Shown in pieces: positions 62,644-64,000 of a stretch of DNA of 64,000 nt (the stretch's first letter is position 1; every line of letters starts with the position of its first letter). The position numbers and the translations under genes were made by a program. Source of the stretch: Malassezia furfur (Eukaryota); the NCBI GenBank assembly GCA_052055015.1, contig JBQJIT010000003.1; one strand, 5' to 3'. Below the pieces are notes generated by a model that was given only the letters and a program-made list of their open reading frames with translations, had not been told where the DNA came from and searched no databases.

Positions 62644-63408
62644 CTACAATTCGCTCTCGTCGTCTACGGCAATGATGGTATCTTGAGGCTGCGCCTTGTT
62701 CACTGGTCGCTGCGGCACCCACCCCATCCCTTGTGAACCAGAGTCACCGCCGTCGCGCATGCGCTGACGCGCCAGGGAGCCCTCTTCCTCAAAGTCAAGG
62801 TCGAGGTTGAAGTCGTGAGCGTCGCTCAGATCGATCGCAGTGACGCGTGAGGCGACATTGTAGCCGCTGCGCCGGATGACGCTCAGTAGCCGCGTGCATT
62901 GCACAATGTTACGCACGATCAGTAGCACACTGTCCAGTAGTTCTTCGCCGCGACCTGGGCGCTGCGCATACGGGGAGCATCCATGACCCAAGAGCATCAC
63001 CACGAGCGTCAGCACACACAATGCGACGAGGCACAAGTCAAGGATGTTGAATGTCGATTTCCAGAAATGTTTTCCAAACGCGACGAAACGGATTGACACT
63101 TCAGCGACCAAAGCAAGGTTGACGATCAGTTCGAGCACGTAAAACGTGGGGCCTGGGCAGGTGAACAGGAGTGAAAGAACCACGGTGACTAGCGAGAGAG
63201 AGGCCATGGTCGCGTAGAGGTATAAGTAGGTGGTCGAGTGCACGAAGCGGTTAGCAAGGCCCTTGAGAATTTCTTCACGCGACAGGGTGTAGCCTTGTCC
63301 GTTGGGCGTGGGCAGGGCAAATGCGGGCGCAAGGACATCGATTCCGAACGTGTCGTTGCGCGCAGCGTCACCCGTTTCGTGACCGGGAGCGAGTTGCGCC
63401 GAGGCCAT
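62644..63408 (-). CDS. Four-TM Ion_trans (voltage-sensor-like) domain protein
   Basis: Four hydrophobic segments with ELIVNLALVAEVSIRF, FWKSTFNILD and RNIVQCTRLLSVIRR; no pore region. Start at MASAQ is inferred. Confidence 0.65.
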   Translation of the reverse strand: MASAQLAPGHETGDAARNDTFGIDVLAPAFALPTPNGQGYTLSREEILKGLANRFVHSTTYLYLYATMASLSLVTVVLSLLFTCPGPTFYVLELIVNLALVAEVSIRFVAFGKHFWKSTFNILDLCLVALCVLTLVVMLLGHGCSPYAQRPGRGEELLDSVLLIVRNIVQCTRLLSVIRRSGYNVASRVTAIDLSDAHDFNLDLDFEEEGSLARQRMRDGGDSGSQGMGWVPQRPVNKAQPQDTIIAVDDESEL

Positions 63409-63923
63409 GGTGCGGTACGGCGAGTGAACTGCTGGATTGACGTGGTGTTGGTAGGCGCTGGTACTAGCAAGGCTTGGTTTTACCGATCCATCCGATCCTG
63501 GGGACCGCGGCGCTGCAAAGACGGCCGGGCGAGCGGCGCGTGATCGGTGCGTGTAAATGGTGGGCAGAGGCAAGATGCATGCGCTACCGACATCCGTCTA
63601 GATGGCTACCTGCGTGGCAACAGCGCAGGGCCCTTGAAAGATACTATAGTGCTACAATTGTCCACCAGCTGCCCCACACGTCGTGCGCGCGACGCGTTGG
63701 GGCCGCTGTGCCACCGTGGCAGGGGTCATGGTGTCACGTGGCGGTACCCCCCCTCCTCGATTGGCTGCAGGGTCCGGCAGTGCGCGCCTACCAGGCCTCC
63801 CGGCATTCCGCGCGTGGCAACTCCGCAGACAAGGGATCCGACGCTTGCTCTTGCCCGTGTTGCAATACGACTCGTGCGGACTGATATTGACCTGTGTCGA
63901 TTCAGGAGAAGTATCGAGCCGCC

Positions 63924-63946
63924 ATGGATCTACGCGTGGGCGGAAA
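63924..63946 (+). CDS. HRR25: First coding exon of a casein kinase I (Hrr25-like); 3'-partial
   Basis: gccgccATG then MDLRVGGK, followed by donor GTACGT at 63947; matches the N-terminus of fungal CK1. Only 8 codons are visible. Confidence 0.7.
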
Positions 63947-64000
63947 GTACGTATCTATCGTGTCTGTGAAGAGCCATACTGACACACGGCCGCCACTTGT

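Overview
Eukaryotic, extremely gene-dense, GC-rich fungal DNA. The gene set, compaction and splice signals suggest a Malassezia-like basidiomycete yeast (inference; no database search was possible). I can model 38 protein-coding genes (the first and last truncated by the window edges), one intron-containing tRNA-Leu(AAG) and two box C/D snoRNAs. I see no transposons, CRISPR arrays or rRNA. Most striking signal: 48 hand-resolved spliceosomal introns in coding regions measure only 21-33 nt (36 of 48 are 21-24 nt), with a hard floor at 21 nt and the branch A never closer than intron position 16 in those indexed. The only long complete introns (132 and 135 nt) each host a snoRNA and abut with no exon between them (TAG|GTATGT at 42033/42034), implying recursive or zero-length-exon splicing. 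Other notable items: a secreted Gly-X-Y/CxxC-repeat structural protein, several apparent pseudo-enzymes (RNase H fold, peroxiredoxin fold, second helicase cassette of Slh1), shared CTAG stop codons, 30-60 nt intergenic spacers and an extended MCB motif before G1/S genes. Coordinates were counted by hand and could be off by a base or two.
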